DNA of 52,801 bases from positions 1 through 52,801 of the IMG/VR virus record IMGVR_UViG_3300032322_002582. One strand, 5' to 3'. Origin of the DNA: a virus (Duplodnaviria; Caudoviricetes). Each line of letters begins with the position of its first letter. Position 1 is the first letter of the stretch. The position numbers and the translations under genes are program-made. The notes below the pieces were generated by a model. The model was not told the DNA's origin and made no database searches. It saw only the letters and a list, made by a program, of their open reading frames with translations. Positions 26,346 to 37,900 of this stretch are shown here, one piece after another.

Positions 26346-27176
26346 ATGACTACGAAACCAGTAAAAGATTATTCTTGGACAGAACCAGAGTCGGAAGTTA
26401 CCGATGATAATCCTCCTGATTATCCATATAATCACGCAACTGTCACTCGATCAGGTCATTCATTTGAAATGGATGATTCTAAAAATCGCGAGAGGATACG
26501 CTTGCAACATGGCGGTGCGAAAACCGATGGTATCGGCACTTTTTTTGAAATGCAATCGAATGGAGATATGGTAACAAAAGTTGTAGGCGATAACTATGAA
26601 ATTGTTGCTGGAAGAAATAATGTTCTCATAAAAGGAGTTTGTAATATAACCATTGAAGGTGATTCTGTAGTTCATGTTAAAGGTGATAAGTATGAGAGAG
26701 TCGATGGTAATTATTACAGAGAAGTTAGAGGAGATTTTACTCAAACAGTGGCGGGCGAATCTACGTTTCAATCTTTAGGTGATACTTTCATAAATTCTGG
26801 AGATCCGAATTCTATTGTTCCTAGTGGCGTTATAAATTTGAGAGCGGGCGATTTTGCATATATCGATAGTGATTTATTGGTTGCTGGTTCCGCTACAGCC
26901 GATATGGTTACAGCAATAACGAAAGTCAACGGTGGTACACAAGTGACTGCTGGTCCATTAGGTTTTGTTTCTGAAGCAGGAGGACTAGCTGTGGGTTCCG
27001 TCATCGCTGTTCCTTTAACTGTTACTGCTGGTGTTGCGGTAAAAGCACCAATAATTTCGGGTACAGTTGTTAATGATGCAACGGGTTCTATGATGACTAT
27101 GAGAATGCAACACAATGTTCATAATCATATGGCATTTAGAGGACCAACATCTACTCCACTTAAAAAGATGATTTAG
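26346..27176 (+). CDS. gp5 C-terminal beta-helix spike protein with HxH apex
   Basis: YPYN....RSGH.FE.DD...ERI...H, V.G repeats, terminal HNVHNH. Confidence 0.85.
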   Translation: MTTKPVKDYSWTEPESEVTDDNPPDYPYNHATVTRSGHSFEMDDSKNRERIRLQHGGAKTDGIGTFFEMQSNGDMVTKVVGDNYEIVAGRNNVLIKGVCNITIEGDSVVHVKGDKYERVDGNYYREVRGDFTQTVAGESTFQSLGDTFINSGDPNSIVPSGVINLRAGDFAYIDSDLLVAGSATADMVTAITKVNGGTQVTAGPLGFVSEAGGLAVGSVIAVPLTVTAGVAVKAPIISGTVVNDATGSMMTMRMQHNVHNHMAFRGPTSTPLKKMI

Positions 27177-27187
27177 GAATTTTTATA

Positions 27188-28051
27188 ATGGCAAATGCAA
27201 ACGTTTTATACGGAAGACTAAACTTCAATTTCGACACGGCTAAATTTGGTGATGCCATTAATTTAAGTGACGGAACCAAAGAGTTTTTAAATACACAACC
27301 AATAGTTTTGACGGATTGGCAAATATCAGATTTGGCAAACTCTAATGTTGCATCATCCACTAATTATTATAAGAATCCAGTTATTAATGTTTCCAATTCA
27401 TTAAGAGCTAATGTTTATAATTTATATAATGTTTTCACTACCATAGAAGTTTTTGATGACAATGGAGCTAATTCTCAGTCATTGAATATTATGTCAACTG
27501 CCGCGAATTTGATAATACAAATCGACGATTTTAAATCTCATACAGATAACATATCTGGAGTAACACCAGCATACGATAACATCATCGAAAACTCACAGGT
27601 TGTAATAGAATATCCTGATTATGAAAAAATCATATCTTTAGGAAGAGATTTGGTTATGCTTTTAAATGCCACGGATAATAGACAAGATGCCACTTCCGTA
27701 TTAGGGTCCATGACCAGTTTATTCATAGAAAGTGATATTTCAAATACTAATTTACTGATTGTGTCGAGTAGAAATTCTACCAATAATACATTAAGAATTG
27801 TCGGAGAAAGTGTATATTCGAATATGTCATATTCTTTAGCTAATACAATATACTCAACTGTTTTATCCGCGAATACACTGATAGCATCTAGACGAGAGCA
27901 TGATTGGAATTTTTATAGACAAGGATTATCGTTAATGAAAGATTATGCAAGTGTCACAAAATTGGAGGACGTTGGAGCCACACAAGAATATTTGATTAAA
28001 AATTATATCGGTACTGATTCTTATAAAAATAAACTTTCGGCAAATAACTAA
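27188..28051 (+). CDS. Hypothetical virion-associated protein
   Basis: 287-aa Asn-rich ORF between the spike gene and 25; AGGA RBS. Confidence 0.8.
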   Translation: MANANVLYGRLNFNFDTAKFGDAINLSDGTKEFLNTQPIVLTDWQISDLANSNVASSTNYYKNPVINVSNSLRANVYNLYNVFTTIEVFDDNGANSQSLNIMSTAANLIIQIDDFKSHTDNISGVTPAYDNIIENSQVVIEYPDYEKIISLGRDLVMLLNATDNRQDATSVLGSMTSLFIESDISNTNLLIVSSRNSTNNTLRIVGESVYSNMSYSLANTIYSTVLSANTLIASRREHDWNFYRQGLSLMKDYASVTKLEDVGATQEYLIKNYIGTDSYKNKLSANN

Positions 28052-28061
28052 TAAATAAGAC

Positions 28062-28466
28062 ATGCCAACAATAGTCGCACAAACAACAAGAAAATATAAA
28101 GACTTAGATTTGTCTTTCACAGCACATCCTATAAAAAAGGATGTGAATAAACACGTTGATGACTTAGCGGTCATTAATTCTGTTAAAAATTTAATTTTGA
28201 CGAATCATTATGAAAGACTCTTTAGACCCGAAATTGGTTCAAATGTATCTCGAATGCTATTCGAACCAATGGACACAATATCAGCTAGATTACTGCAGAG
28301 AGAAATTGAACAAGTTTTGACTAATTATGAACCTAGAATTGAGGTTAGAGAAATTTCCGTTTCTCCTGATTTCGATAATAATCGATATAGTGTGGGTATG
28401 ACATTTTTAATTAATAACACATCAGAGCCCGTAGTTATACAATTTTTTCTAAACAGAGAAAGATAA
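28062..28466 (+). CDS. 25: Baseplate wedge / sheath initiator gp25
   Basis: DLDL.F..HP, SVKNL.LT...ER.F.P..GS, LFE, YEPR. Confidence 0.93.
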   Translation: MPTIVAQTTRKYKDLDLSFTAHPIKKDVNKHVDDLAVINSVKNLILTNHYERLFRPEIGSNVSRMLFEPMDTISARLLQREIEQVLTNYEPRIEVREISVSPDFDNNRYSVGMTFLINNTSEPVVIQFFLNRER

Positions 28467-28467
28467 A

Positions 28468-30540
28468 ATGACTGATCGTTTAATTGTCACAGATTTAGAT
28501 TTTGATACTATCAAAACTAACTTAAAAAATTTTCTTAAACAACAATCTGAATTCCAAGATTACGACTTTGAGGGATCAGGTTTAAATATTCTTCTTGATG
28601 TCTTGGCATACAACACTCATTATAATGCGTATTATTTAAATATGATAGCGAATGAATCTTTTTTGGATACCGCGATTCTGAGAGATTCTGTTGTTTCACA
28701 TGCTAAAAGAGTTGGCTATGTTCCTCGGTCTTCATCGGCGGCAGTGGCCACGATTAGAGTAACTGTTCAAACAAATGATGTTACTCCTGGCACATTAACT
28801 ATTCCAAAAGGTTATGTTTTCTTATCTTCAGCTTTGGACGGTATTTCATATCGCTTTGTTACAATGGAAGCGTATACCGCAAATAAAACAGGAACAACTT
28901 TTGTATTCAATAACGTTAAAATTTATGAGGGTCAATTAGTAAACTTCTCATACACGAATAGTTACTTGAATAATCCAAAACAATTATTTACGATACCCAG
29001 TTCTAAAGTTGATACATCGAAGATAATTGTCAGTGTAAGGCAATCGGTTGCTAATGTTCAAACTACCATTTATCAAAAAGTAAATGATGCATTATCTTTA
29101 ACAGCCAATTCAGAAGTTTATTTTTTACAAGAAGGTAAAAATGGTCAATTTGATGTATATTTTGGAGATGGTGTTTTAGGTAAAAAAATTCCTGATGGTG
29201 GCGTTGTGAATATGGAATACTTGATAACGAATGGAGATGCTGTAAATGGATCAAATAATTTTGTATCTACGGCTTCCATAAATGGATTTACAACAATTTC
29301 TGTCAACTCTATAAGTGGAGCTTCAGGCGGTTCACAGAGAGAAACGGTCGAACAGATAAAATTTGGCGCACCATTAAGCTTATTGTCCCAAAATCGTGCT
29401 GTTACTAAAAATGATTATATTAAATTAATACAACAAAAATATCCTTTTTTCGAGGCCGTAAACGTTTGGGGTGGTGAAGAGAATGATCCGCCAGTTTATG
29501 GAAAGATTTTCGTTTCAGCGAAGCCAAAATTAGGTTTCGAAATAACTCAAACAGAAAAAGATTTCGTGAAAGAAAAAGTATTAAATCCTATTAGCATACT
29601 GACTGTCACACCAGAAATTATCGATGTTGACTATAATTATTTAAAAATAATTTCAACTGTTTTCTATGATCCAACAAAAACCACGCAGACTGAACAAGAA
29701 CTGAAAAACTCTTTAAAGAGTTTAATTTTGACTTATTGTAACAACAACTTAAATAAATTCAATTCATACTTTAGATATTCAGGATTAAAAACAACGATAG
29801 ATTCATTCAGTTCTTCGATATTATCAAATGAAAGTGAACTCTTTGTTGGTAAAAAATTCAGACCAATTTTGGGACAATCTGATAGCTATGTTCTAGATTA
29901 TGGTTTTGAGTTGTCCAGAGGAACAACGAATGATAATTTCTACTCTTCTCCAGACTTCAGTATTGCTGATGAAGAGGGCATATTGAGACAATGTTTTTTT
30001 GAAGAAGTGCCATCATCTTTCACTGGTTTAGAATCTGTTACAATAATAAATCCAGGATATGGATATACATCAACACCTTCTATAAATATAGTTGGTGATG
30101 GTGAGGGCGCCAAGGCCACTGCTGTTATAGTGAATGGTAAATTATCAAGAATAGATGTTACAAATCCTGGTGTTGGATATACGACTGCCGCAATACAAAT
30201 TGTTGGTGGAGGCGGCAAATTAGCAGAAGCTCTTCCTATTTTAGAAGGAAGATTTGGACAAATCAGGATATCATATTATAAGACGGATGAAGTGAGTAAT
30301 CAAAATACAAAAGTGATTTTGAATAAGGGAAGAAATAACGGTGTAACGGGTAAAATAGATTATTTCTTAGGTAAAATTTATATCGATAATTTTTATCCAT
30401 CGTCTGTTAATAATGATTTCGGAGATATTATGGTGCACATAAGACCGAAAATTAATGTAATTCAATCGAAATTGAATCATATGTTAGTTATAGATTCACA
30501 AGATCCTTCTAGCGTTGTTGTAAAAACTGTCACAATTTGA
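28468..30540 (+). CDS. 6: Baseplate wedge protein gp6
   Basis: LDFD.IK..L, DYDFEGS, LAYNTHY, FGDG..GK, QNRAVT..DY, WGGE.N.PP.YGK. Confidence 0.95.
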   Translation: MTDRLIVTDLDFDTIKTNLKNFLKQQSEFQDYDFEGSGLNILLDVLAYNTHYNAYYLNMIANESFLDTAILRDSVVSHAKRVGYVPRSSSAAVATIRVTVQTNDVTPGTLTIPKGYVFLSSALDGISYRFVTMEAYTANKTGTTFVFNNVKIYEGQLVNFSYTNSYLNNPKQLFTIPSSKVDTSKIIVSVRQSVANVQTTIYQKVNDALSLTANSEVYFLQEGKNGQFDVYFGDGVLGKKIPDGGVVNMEYLITNGDAVNGSNNFVSTASINGFTTISVNSISGASGGSQRETVEQIKFGAPLSLLSQNRAVTKNDYIKLIQQKYPFFEAVNVWGGEENDPPVYGKIFVSAKPKLGFEITQTEKDFVKEKVLNPISILTVTPEIIDVDYNYLKIISTVFYDPTKTTQTEQELKNSLKSLILTYCNNNLNKFNSYFRYSGLKTTIDSFSSSILSNESELFVGKKFRPILGQSDSYVLDYGFELSRGTTNDNFYSSPDFSIADEEGILRQCFFEEVPSSFTGLESVTIINPGYGYTSTPSINIVGDGEGAKATAVIVNGKLSRIDVTNPGVGYTTAAIQIVGGGGKLAEALPILEGRFGQIRISYYKTDEVSNQNTKVILNKGRNNGVTGKIDYFLGKIYIDNFYPSSVNNDFGDIMVHIRPKINVIQSKLNHMLVIDSQDPSSVVVKTVTI

Positions 30541-33500
30541 TGAATAAATTTCAAACATCCAATCTGATAAAAAGTCAATTACCAGATTTCGTAAGAAACG
30601 ATTATCCAAAATTCGTTTCATTTCTGGAAAAATATTATGAATGGCTTGAACAGACTAATAAAGTTAATTATGGTATAGATTCATTAAAAAGATCTATCGA
30701 TATTGATGATGCGGATTCTTTTTACATCGATAAATTTAAAAACGATCTTTTACCATACTTCCCAAAAGATTTTTCTGTCAATAAAGAGCTTTTTTTAAAA
30801 GTAGTAGAATCTTTTTATAAATCCAGTGGAACAATCGATTCTGTAAAATTTTTATTCAGAGCGTTGTATAATGATGATATAGAAATTTATTATCCAAAAG
30901 ATAGTATTTTAAAAACTTCCGATGGAAAATGGGTTCTTCCCTTAGCTTTAAGAATTGATACGAATGATAATAATATATTCAATATAGGTAAAACTTTACT
31001 AACTGGCGAAAAATCTAAAGCTACGGCTATTGTTGAGAAAGTTATAAAATCAGTTGATCGACAGTTGGGAATATCTTATATTGAAGTTTATATATCGAAC
31101 ATAGAAAGACTTTTCGAAACTGGCGAAACTGTATCCGCAACGTATATTGATAATAATACCAATCTTCCTGTAACAGTAACCGGAAGATTGATAGGATCGC
31201 TTTCCGAGATTAAAATAAGTCCTGATAATAGAGGTCTCTTTTATAATGGATATGATCCAGAAATTAGTTATGATGGTGATCCGGTAAGTATCGTTGGTGG
31301 TTTGAACCCTAGTGCTAATAATCCTGTCGGCGCAATCGCTTATGTTGGTGAAACCACTAAAGGTGGAATAACTGAAGCTACAGTTATTAATGGAGGATTC
31401 GGCTTTAGAAACGAAATAGTTTTTCCTGGCTCATCTTTAATAGATTTCAAAGGAGGATTTGAAAATTCTTCTTTGGGAACTGAAGCGCAAGCTTCAATTT
31501 TATTAATTGATGAATCGTCTGCTAGAGTTATGAATGTTTTGAATATGTCAATTTCAACATTAGATGGTTTAGGATCCAATACGAATTTGTCGGGAACGGG
31601 AAGTATAGTACCATCAAGTAATTCTGTTACAGGAACAGGAACATCTTTTTTAACACAATTGACAGTCGGTGATGCAATTTATGTTGGCAGTCATTTACGC
31701 GAAGTTAGTATAATATCATCAGATACTTCTTTAAATGTTACAATCGATTTCACCACAACAGAATCTTCTCTGGCATTAAAAAAAGCAGGAAGAACAATTT
31801 CAAGAATTAGAGGTAATACATTAAACACCGTTTCAACATCTTCAACCTTTAATGTTCATAGCTTGGCTGCCGTTGCTGTAACAGGCTCTGGAGGTGGATA
31901 TAGAAGCAGACCCACCGTGAAAACATATAGTTTCTATAATGAAAATTTGGAAGATGCATTAATCATCACTTCATGCACAGTTGTTAAAGGTACCAATTTA
32001 GTTTCAGACAATTCTCAAAATTTAAAAGATTTTTTAGAAGAAGGCGATTATGTTCGTCTTTTTGTAAGAAACAAATATGAGGAAGTTAAAAAGATCATAT
32101 CTCTTACAGAGAATGATCTTTTTTTCGAAGATTATTTCGAAAACGATATAACGAATGTTTCTGTTTTTAAAATTAATAGAAATGATGTATATAATTTAGG
32201 ATCGATTGGAAGAATTAACATAGTCGAATCTGGACTAAACTATTCTAATGGCGACATCTTAATATTCACTGGAGGTTCTGGTTATGGTGCTAATGCTTTT
32301 GTCACAGTTAATAATTTAGGTTCCATAACGAAAGTTACAGTTAATAATCATTCTTCAGGCGCTTACATAATAGGAGGTGAGGGTTATAGGAGAGATGCTC
32401 TTCCTAATATTACAGTTCAAAGTGCGTCGGGTACAGGTGCGTCTTTACGAGTATCGGAGATCGTAGGTGATGGTGTTTCTTATGGACTAACGACATCTAG
32501 AATTGGAGCGATATCGACGATTCGAGTTGTCAGTTACGGTTATGATTATGTGGAAGCACCAAAAGTGTCACTTAGAAATGCTGATTTATCATTAATGGGT
32601 GTAACAAAAGGACAGATTTTTGTATCTAATACTGAAGTTTATCAGGGAACTTCAAACTCATCATTCACGTTTAAGGCGACAGTAGATTCATATAATTCTG
32701 CTACAGGAAAACTCAGAATTTTTGATTATAAAGGTTCTTTAGACACATCGAAATTATTGGTTTCCGATAATGTTTTAACAACGAATGCTATTGTTGGCAC
32801 TGTACAAAATTCCTTATTTTATGGTAATGGAAATGCTAAAGCCACATCTAAATTCGAAAATGGTTTAATACGTTATCCTGGAATATATTTAAATTCTGAC
32901 GGTCAAGTTAGTGCTGATAAAAAACTTCAAGATGAGAAAAGATATCACAATTACTCTTATGTCATAACAACCGAAGTTGATTACAAGAAATTCAAAAATA
33001 CTCTTAATGATATAGTTCATCCTATTGGAACTAAAACATTCACTCTTAGAAGTGATGATAATTTAGAAAATGTTTTTTCTAATAGTAATACGTTTTTTAT
33101 AAAAACTCTATCGTCGGAACATCAGTTCAATATAGCTTTCGGCTCTAATAATATAATTTCCACAAACAATAGTGCAAATTTAATGTCATCTATAAATGTT
33201 GGTGATGTTATTATTTTAAACAACGTCAAAAAATCACTAAATGGTTCAGTTTATGTTGCATCAGGATCAAATCTCCTTTCAACAAATTCAATCACTATGA
33301 ATTTCATTAATGATTTTCAAGACGGCGATGTCATTACTTTATCGACTGGAGATGTCGCAGAAATAAAGAGTGTTTCCAACTCTAATAGCGCATTTTTACT
33401 TTCTAGCATAAATGTATCTTCGAGTGCTGCAACAGTAAACATTTCATATGATGAATTTGCTATAGTATCTTCTCTAAATGCTAATGTGATTGTAACAGGA

Positions 33501-33557
33501 ACAACATTTAAATCTAATGGAAGCAATTTGAGTGCTACCATACAAAAAGTCAGATAA
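30537..33557 (+). CDS. 7: Baseplate wedge initiator gp7-like
   Basis: QLP.F....YP.F..FL..YY, Y...GT..S..FLFR.LY, SDGKW, QD...Y..YSY, VHP.G; lies between 6 and 8. Confidence 0.8.
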   Translation: MMNKFQTSNLIKSQLPDFVRNDYPKFVSFLEKYYEWLEQTNKVNYGIDSLKRSIDIDDADSFYIDKFKNDLLPYFPKDFSVNKELFLKVVESFYKSSGTIDSVKFLFRALYNDDIEIYYPKDSILKTSDGKWVLPLALRIDTNDNNIFNIGKTLLTGEKSKATAIVEKVIKSVDRQLGISYIEVYISNIERLFETGETVSATYIDNNTNLPVTVTGRLIGSLSEIKISPDNRGLFYNGYDPEISYDGDPVSIVGGLNPSANNPVGAIAYVGETTKGGITEATVINGGFGFRNEIVFPGSSLIDFKGGFENSSLGTEAQASILLIDESSARVMNVLNMSISTLDGLGSNTNLSGTGSIVPSSNSVTGTGTSFLTQLTVGDAIYVGSHLREVSIISSDTSLNVTIDFTTTESSLALKKAGRTISRIRGNTLNTVSTSSTFNVHSLAAVAVTGSGGGYRSRPTVKTYSFYNENLEDALIITSCTVVKGTNLVSDNSQNLKDFLEEGDYVRLFVRNKYEEVKKIISLTENDLFFEDYFENDITNVSVFKINRNDVYNLGSIGRINIVESGLNYSNGDILIFTGGSGYGANAFVTVNNLGSITKVTVNNHSSGAYIIGGEGYRRDALPNITVQSASGTGASLRVSEIVGDGVSYGLTTSRIGAISTIRVVSYGYDYVEAPKVSLRNADLSLMGVTKGQIFVSNTEVYQGTSNSSFTFKATVDSYNSATGKLRIFDYKGSLDTSKLLVSDNVLTTNAIVGTVQNSLFYGNGNAKATSKFENGLIRYPGIYLNSDGQVSADKKLQDEKRYHNYSYVITTEVDYKKFKNTLNDIVHPIGTKTFTLRSDDNLENVFSNSNTFFIKTLSSEHQFNIAFGSNNIISTNNSANLMSSINVGDVIILNNVKKSLNGSVYVASGSNLLSTNSITMNFINDFQDGDVITLSTGDVAEIKSVSNSNSAFLLSSINVSSSAATVNISYDEFAIVSSLNANVIVTGTTFKSNGSNLSATIQKVR

Positions 33558-33565
33558 ATACAAAT

Positions 33566-34891
33566 ATGTCTACTCTTATAACGAAAAATTTTAAAACGCT
33601 TCTGGCGAAGCAAGTTTATAATCTGATGGAGATTGGAGCGAATTCTTATCTTCCTACAGAAAGAAAATCTTATGTTTATGCATTTTTAGGAAGACAGCTT
33701 CCATGGAATTCTGGTGTTGAGTCTCCGCCCACACCCACAGAAGATATAACTTCCATAAACAATTATTATAAAATGGGCATTTTTGCTAAACAAGTTTCAC
33801 TAGAAGATACATCTCTTGTTGTGCAAAGAATAAATTGGAGTAATAATAGTATATACAATACATATACATCAAATTCTAATTTTTATGTATTAAATTCCAA
33901 AGATCAAGTTTTCAAATGTCTGTTTAATAATTTTGATGCACCATCTCTAGATGAACCTGATCTCACACTTTCTACAACATCTCTAGAAGAACCTTATGTT
34001 CTCACATCCGATGGTTATAAATGGAAGTATCTCTATACACTAACTTCTTCTCAAAAACAAAAATTTCTTACGACTGAATGGATGCCTGTTACAGTAAATA
34101 AATTTGTGAGAGCAGCCGCACGACCAGGTTCCATAGATGTTGTCACAGTAACGAATTCTGGAAACAATTATGTTAATGGAACAACTCAGAATATCGTGAT
34201 ATTAACAGGAGATGGAACTGGCGCTATTTTGAAGGCTAATGTTGAGAGTGGTAAAGTGCAAGATATCGTTATACAAGATAGAGGCATCGGCTATACATAT
34301 GCGAATCTAACATTTCAGGATGTTACAGGAGGTGTCGGAAGATCAGCCGAAGCTGTTGTGTCTATCGCTCCACATGATGGACATGGTTACGATCCAGTTT
34401 ATGAACTAGGGGCATCAACATTGATGTTTAATGTTGAGTATGAGGAAAGCGAATCTAATATTCTACCAACAAATAATGATTTTCGACAAGTTGTATTAGT
34501 ACATAATCCTTATTTGTCGGGAACAGAAACATCAGCTAAAGGTCCTTCATATACTCTTTACACTAAAATTAAAGTTTCGACAGGTGTTGGCGATTTTAAT
34601 GTGGATGAAATTGTATATCAAGGAACAACGTATGAAACTAGAACTTTTTCCGCAGAAGTTATATCATTCGATGTTGATAACAATTTGTTATATGTCAACA
34701 ACTTGAGAGGAAATTTGGAATTAAATAAGGCAATAAAAGGATTGACGAGTGGTGCCATCAGAGTTGCTGGATCATCGACATTACCAACTTTGGATTTATA
34801 CTCTGGAAAAATATTATACATAGCTAATAAACTACCTATAAGTAGAGATCCCTCTCAAACGGAAAGAATCCGTTTCATATTGAGTTTTTAA
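33566..34891 (+). CDS. 8: Baseplate wedge protein gp8
   Basis: R.NW, FYV.N....V.KCL.N, DGYKWKYLY, GHG.D...EL, N.FRQ, SG.ILY..N..P. Confidence 0.88.
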   Translation: MSTLITKNFKTLLAKQVYNLMEIGANSYLPTERKSYVYAFLGRQLPWNSGVESPPTPTEDITSINNYYKMGIFAKQVSLEDTSLVVQRINWSNNSIYNTYTSNSNFYVLNSKDQVFKCLFNNFDAPSLDEPDLTLSTTSLEEPYVLTSDGYKWKYLYTLTSSQKQKFLTTEWMPVTVNKFVRAAARPGSIDVVTVTNSGNNYVNGTTQNIVILTGDGTGAILKANVESGKVQDIVIQDRGIGYTYANLTFQDVTGGVGRSAEAVVSIAPHDGHGYDPVYELGASTLMFNVEYEESESNILPTNNDFRQVVLVHNPYLSGTETSAKGPSYTLYTKIKVSTGVGDFNVDEIVYQGTTYETRTFSAEVISFDVDNNLLYVNNLRGNLELNKAIKGLTSGAIRVAGSSTLPTLDLYSGKILYIANKLPISRDPSQTERIRFILSF

Positions 34892-34901
34892 CGAGGAATA
34901 A

Positions 34902-37900
34902 ATGACAACTCTTTTCAACTACGATCCATACTACGACGATTTTGATGAAGATAAAAATTTCATGCGTGTTCTATTTCGTCCTGGGTATTCAGTCCAAGCG
35001 AGAGAACTGACACAGCTACAAACAATTTTATCGAATCAAATAGAAAAATTTGGTAATCACATATTTAAAAGTGGTAGTCCTATCGTAGGAGGAAAAATAT
35101 CGTTAGATAGAAAAGCTAACTATATTATCTTACAAAATCAATATTCGGGTGTTGATATTGACTTGACGCAATTTAGAGACAAAACAATCGAGTCATATAA
35201 TAATTCAAAATTAGTTCGCGCTCAAGTTATAGCTATAGATGATACAACAGGATCTCCCACACTTGTTATAAAATATTTAAGCGGCGATAGATTTTCTGAA
35301 GCTGAAGATATAAGAGTATATGGACAAGATGTTTTTGCTACATTGAGAAATACAAATGCAACGGGAGGTTCTTTTGTTGCGAGTATTCAGGAAGGTGTCT
35401 ATTATTTTAAAGGACAATTTGTTAAAGTTAATCCACAATTTTTAGTTATAGAATTATTCTATCGAACAGGAACAAGTTCCACTATCAATTTATCACCTTC
35501 TTATAAAATTGGTATAGAGTTTGAAGAAAAGATTGTTGATGAAATTGATGATAATTCTTTACTAGATCCTGCTCAAGGAGCATTCAACTATCAAGCTCCT
35601 GGCGCTAATCGTTTTCAAATAACAACTACATTAACAAAAAGAACTATCGATTCATCTGATACATCCTCGTTTTTTGAAGTTATCAGAATAGTTGATGATA
35701 TCAAAACTAAAGAGATTGATTATCCGATTTACAGTGAAATAGAAAAGACTTTATCCAGAAGAACATATGATGAATCTGGAAATTACACTGTTGATCCATT
35801 TGTGATTTCGCTTGAAGAAGGTGATGAAGCTAATGGTAAATTTGATGTTGTACTGGATCCAGGTAAAGCATATGTTGGTGGTTATGAATTTCAAACCATA
35901 TCACCAACAAAAATAGAATTGAATCGTTCCAGAGATGTAGGTAAGGCGATTGGATATGAATTTATTCCCAATTACGAAAATTCTATTGTTTTAGAAAATA
36001 TTTTTGGTAGCTTAGACATATCAACTTATCCCGAATTGGATGTACACTGCGTTCCTAGAGCGAACGTTGACTTAACAACAACAGCGAAGTATAATTCCAC
36101 AAAAATAGGAACTTTGAATGCTTCGATGATGAGATATAATGATTCCGATACAACGACATTAGGAAACACTCATTCGTTTATTGTTAATGTGTTTAATGCG
36201 AATACAACACCTATTACAGGTACTCTTTCTCCTGGTAGTCACACATCAACTAGAATATTTCTTCCAACCGATCTTTCGCCAAATGTGACTAATGCTTATG
36301 CAAATATGTACTTTTCGATAACGGATGGTTTAGGTACAATTCTATCCCCAATTTTAATAACTAGTTCGAATTCTACAACGATTAATTTGTCATCATCATT
36401 AAGTTTTGTTCCTTCTGCAAATGCCATAAGAATACAATCAGATTTTAAAAATGCTAAAGGTTTAACAAGATACAATGGAACAGCTTTAACCTTTGGTGCA
36501 AATGTACACACTGATTCGATAGAATCGACGACGGGATTTACGTTTATAGAAGAACCGAAAAGAAACAGTAAAATTTTCGATATTCCATATGATGCGATAA
36601 AAGCTGGCACAATTTCGAATCTAGAATATTATGCAGTAAAATATTATGGCGGAAAAACTAGTGATGCTGGCGGATTAATCACAATTAATTCTGAAGGAAC
36701 AGATACTTTCCCATTCTCTGGTGTTCCTGGTGTTATCTCGGATAGTTTAATTATTGATAATATTATTTGTATTGTAGATTCTTCTGAGACTGCTAATGTT
36801 CAATATGGAATTTATCCTGGTCGGGTCTTGAGTTTAGCTAATAATAATTTTACTGTAACAGCTATTAGCACACAGCAATTTACTATAAATTTGACTGTTC
36901 CTAGTGTCACTGTCGATCTTTTGATAAAGAGTAAAGTTAATAATGCCAATAATACTAATTCTGGAACGATTCGTGGAAAACAACTCATACCACTAATTAC
37001 AGGTTATGATCTTCACTCGAAAGTTGCTTTTGAAATGGGTGGCGCTGATACATTAGAAGATGCAAACACCACAACTAACACACCATTTACAGGTGGAATG
37101 ATTTTTCAAGATATCGGAGCAACGAACTATACAGGATCTACAATATTGACGGAACTACGAACACCAGGCAAAGTTGTAAGTTTACAAGTGCCTGATGTAG
37201 TTGAAATTGTAAGAATCACGGATTCACAAAATCAGTCTGTTAATGTCACAACAGCAATGTTGAGTAGTGATGCATATGATATTACAGATAGTTATGAATT
37301 CGATAATGGTCAAAGAAATACACATTATGATCATGCTACGATAAAGTTGAAAAGAGGATATCCAGCTCCAAAAGGAAGATTGTATGTACAATACAATTAC
37401 TTGAAGCACTCTTCAGCTCCTTCTCCACAAAATGATGGTATCTTCACTGTTGATTCTTATCTGAAGGCTGGTTCGAATTTCACTTATGATGAAATTTCAT
37501 ATTATAGCAATCTCGAAGAAAGTAGACTGGTTTCACTAAGATCGGCTTTTGATTTTAGACCAACAAGAGATATAGGTGGAACATCGATTTCTGGTGCAAT
37601 AAATCCACATCCTTTAGATACACTGAATGTCAATTTTGATTACTATTTACCAAGAATCGATCAAATAGTGATAAAACCATCTAGAGAGTTTTCAATAGTT
37701 TCTGGAAAGCCAGGCATTAGACCAGTTCCATCTTCTATAGATGAGCAAGACATGTTAATTTATACTCTGTATATACCGGCATATACGGAGAGTGTGAAGG
37801 ACATAAGAGCAGATTTCAAAAATCATCGTAGATATACGATGAGAGATATTGACAGTATTGAAAATAGAATTAGACAACTAGAATATTATGTTGCGCTAAA

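Noticed and set aside
26330-26350. Frameshift or readthrough joining the two gp5 pieces
   Set aside because: No in-phase slippery heptamer evident; a clean TAA is followed by an ATG 2 nt later, consistent with translational coupling
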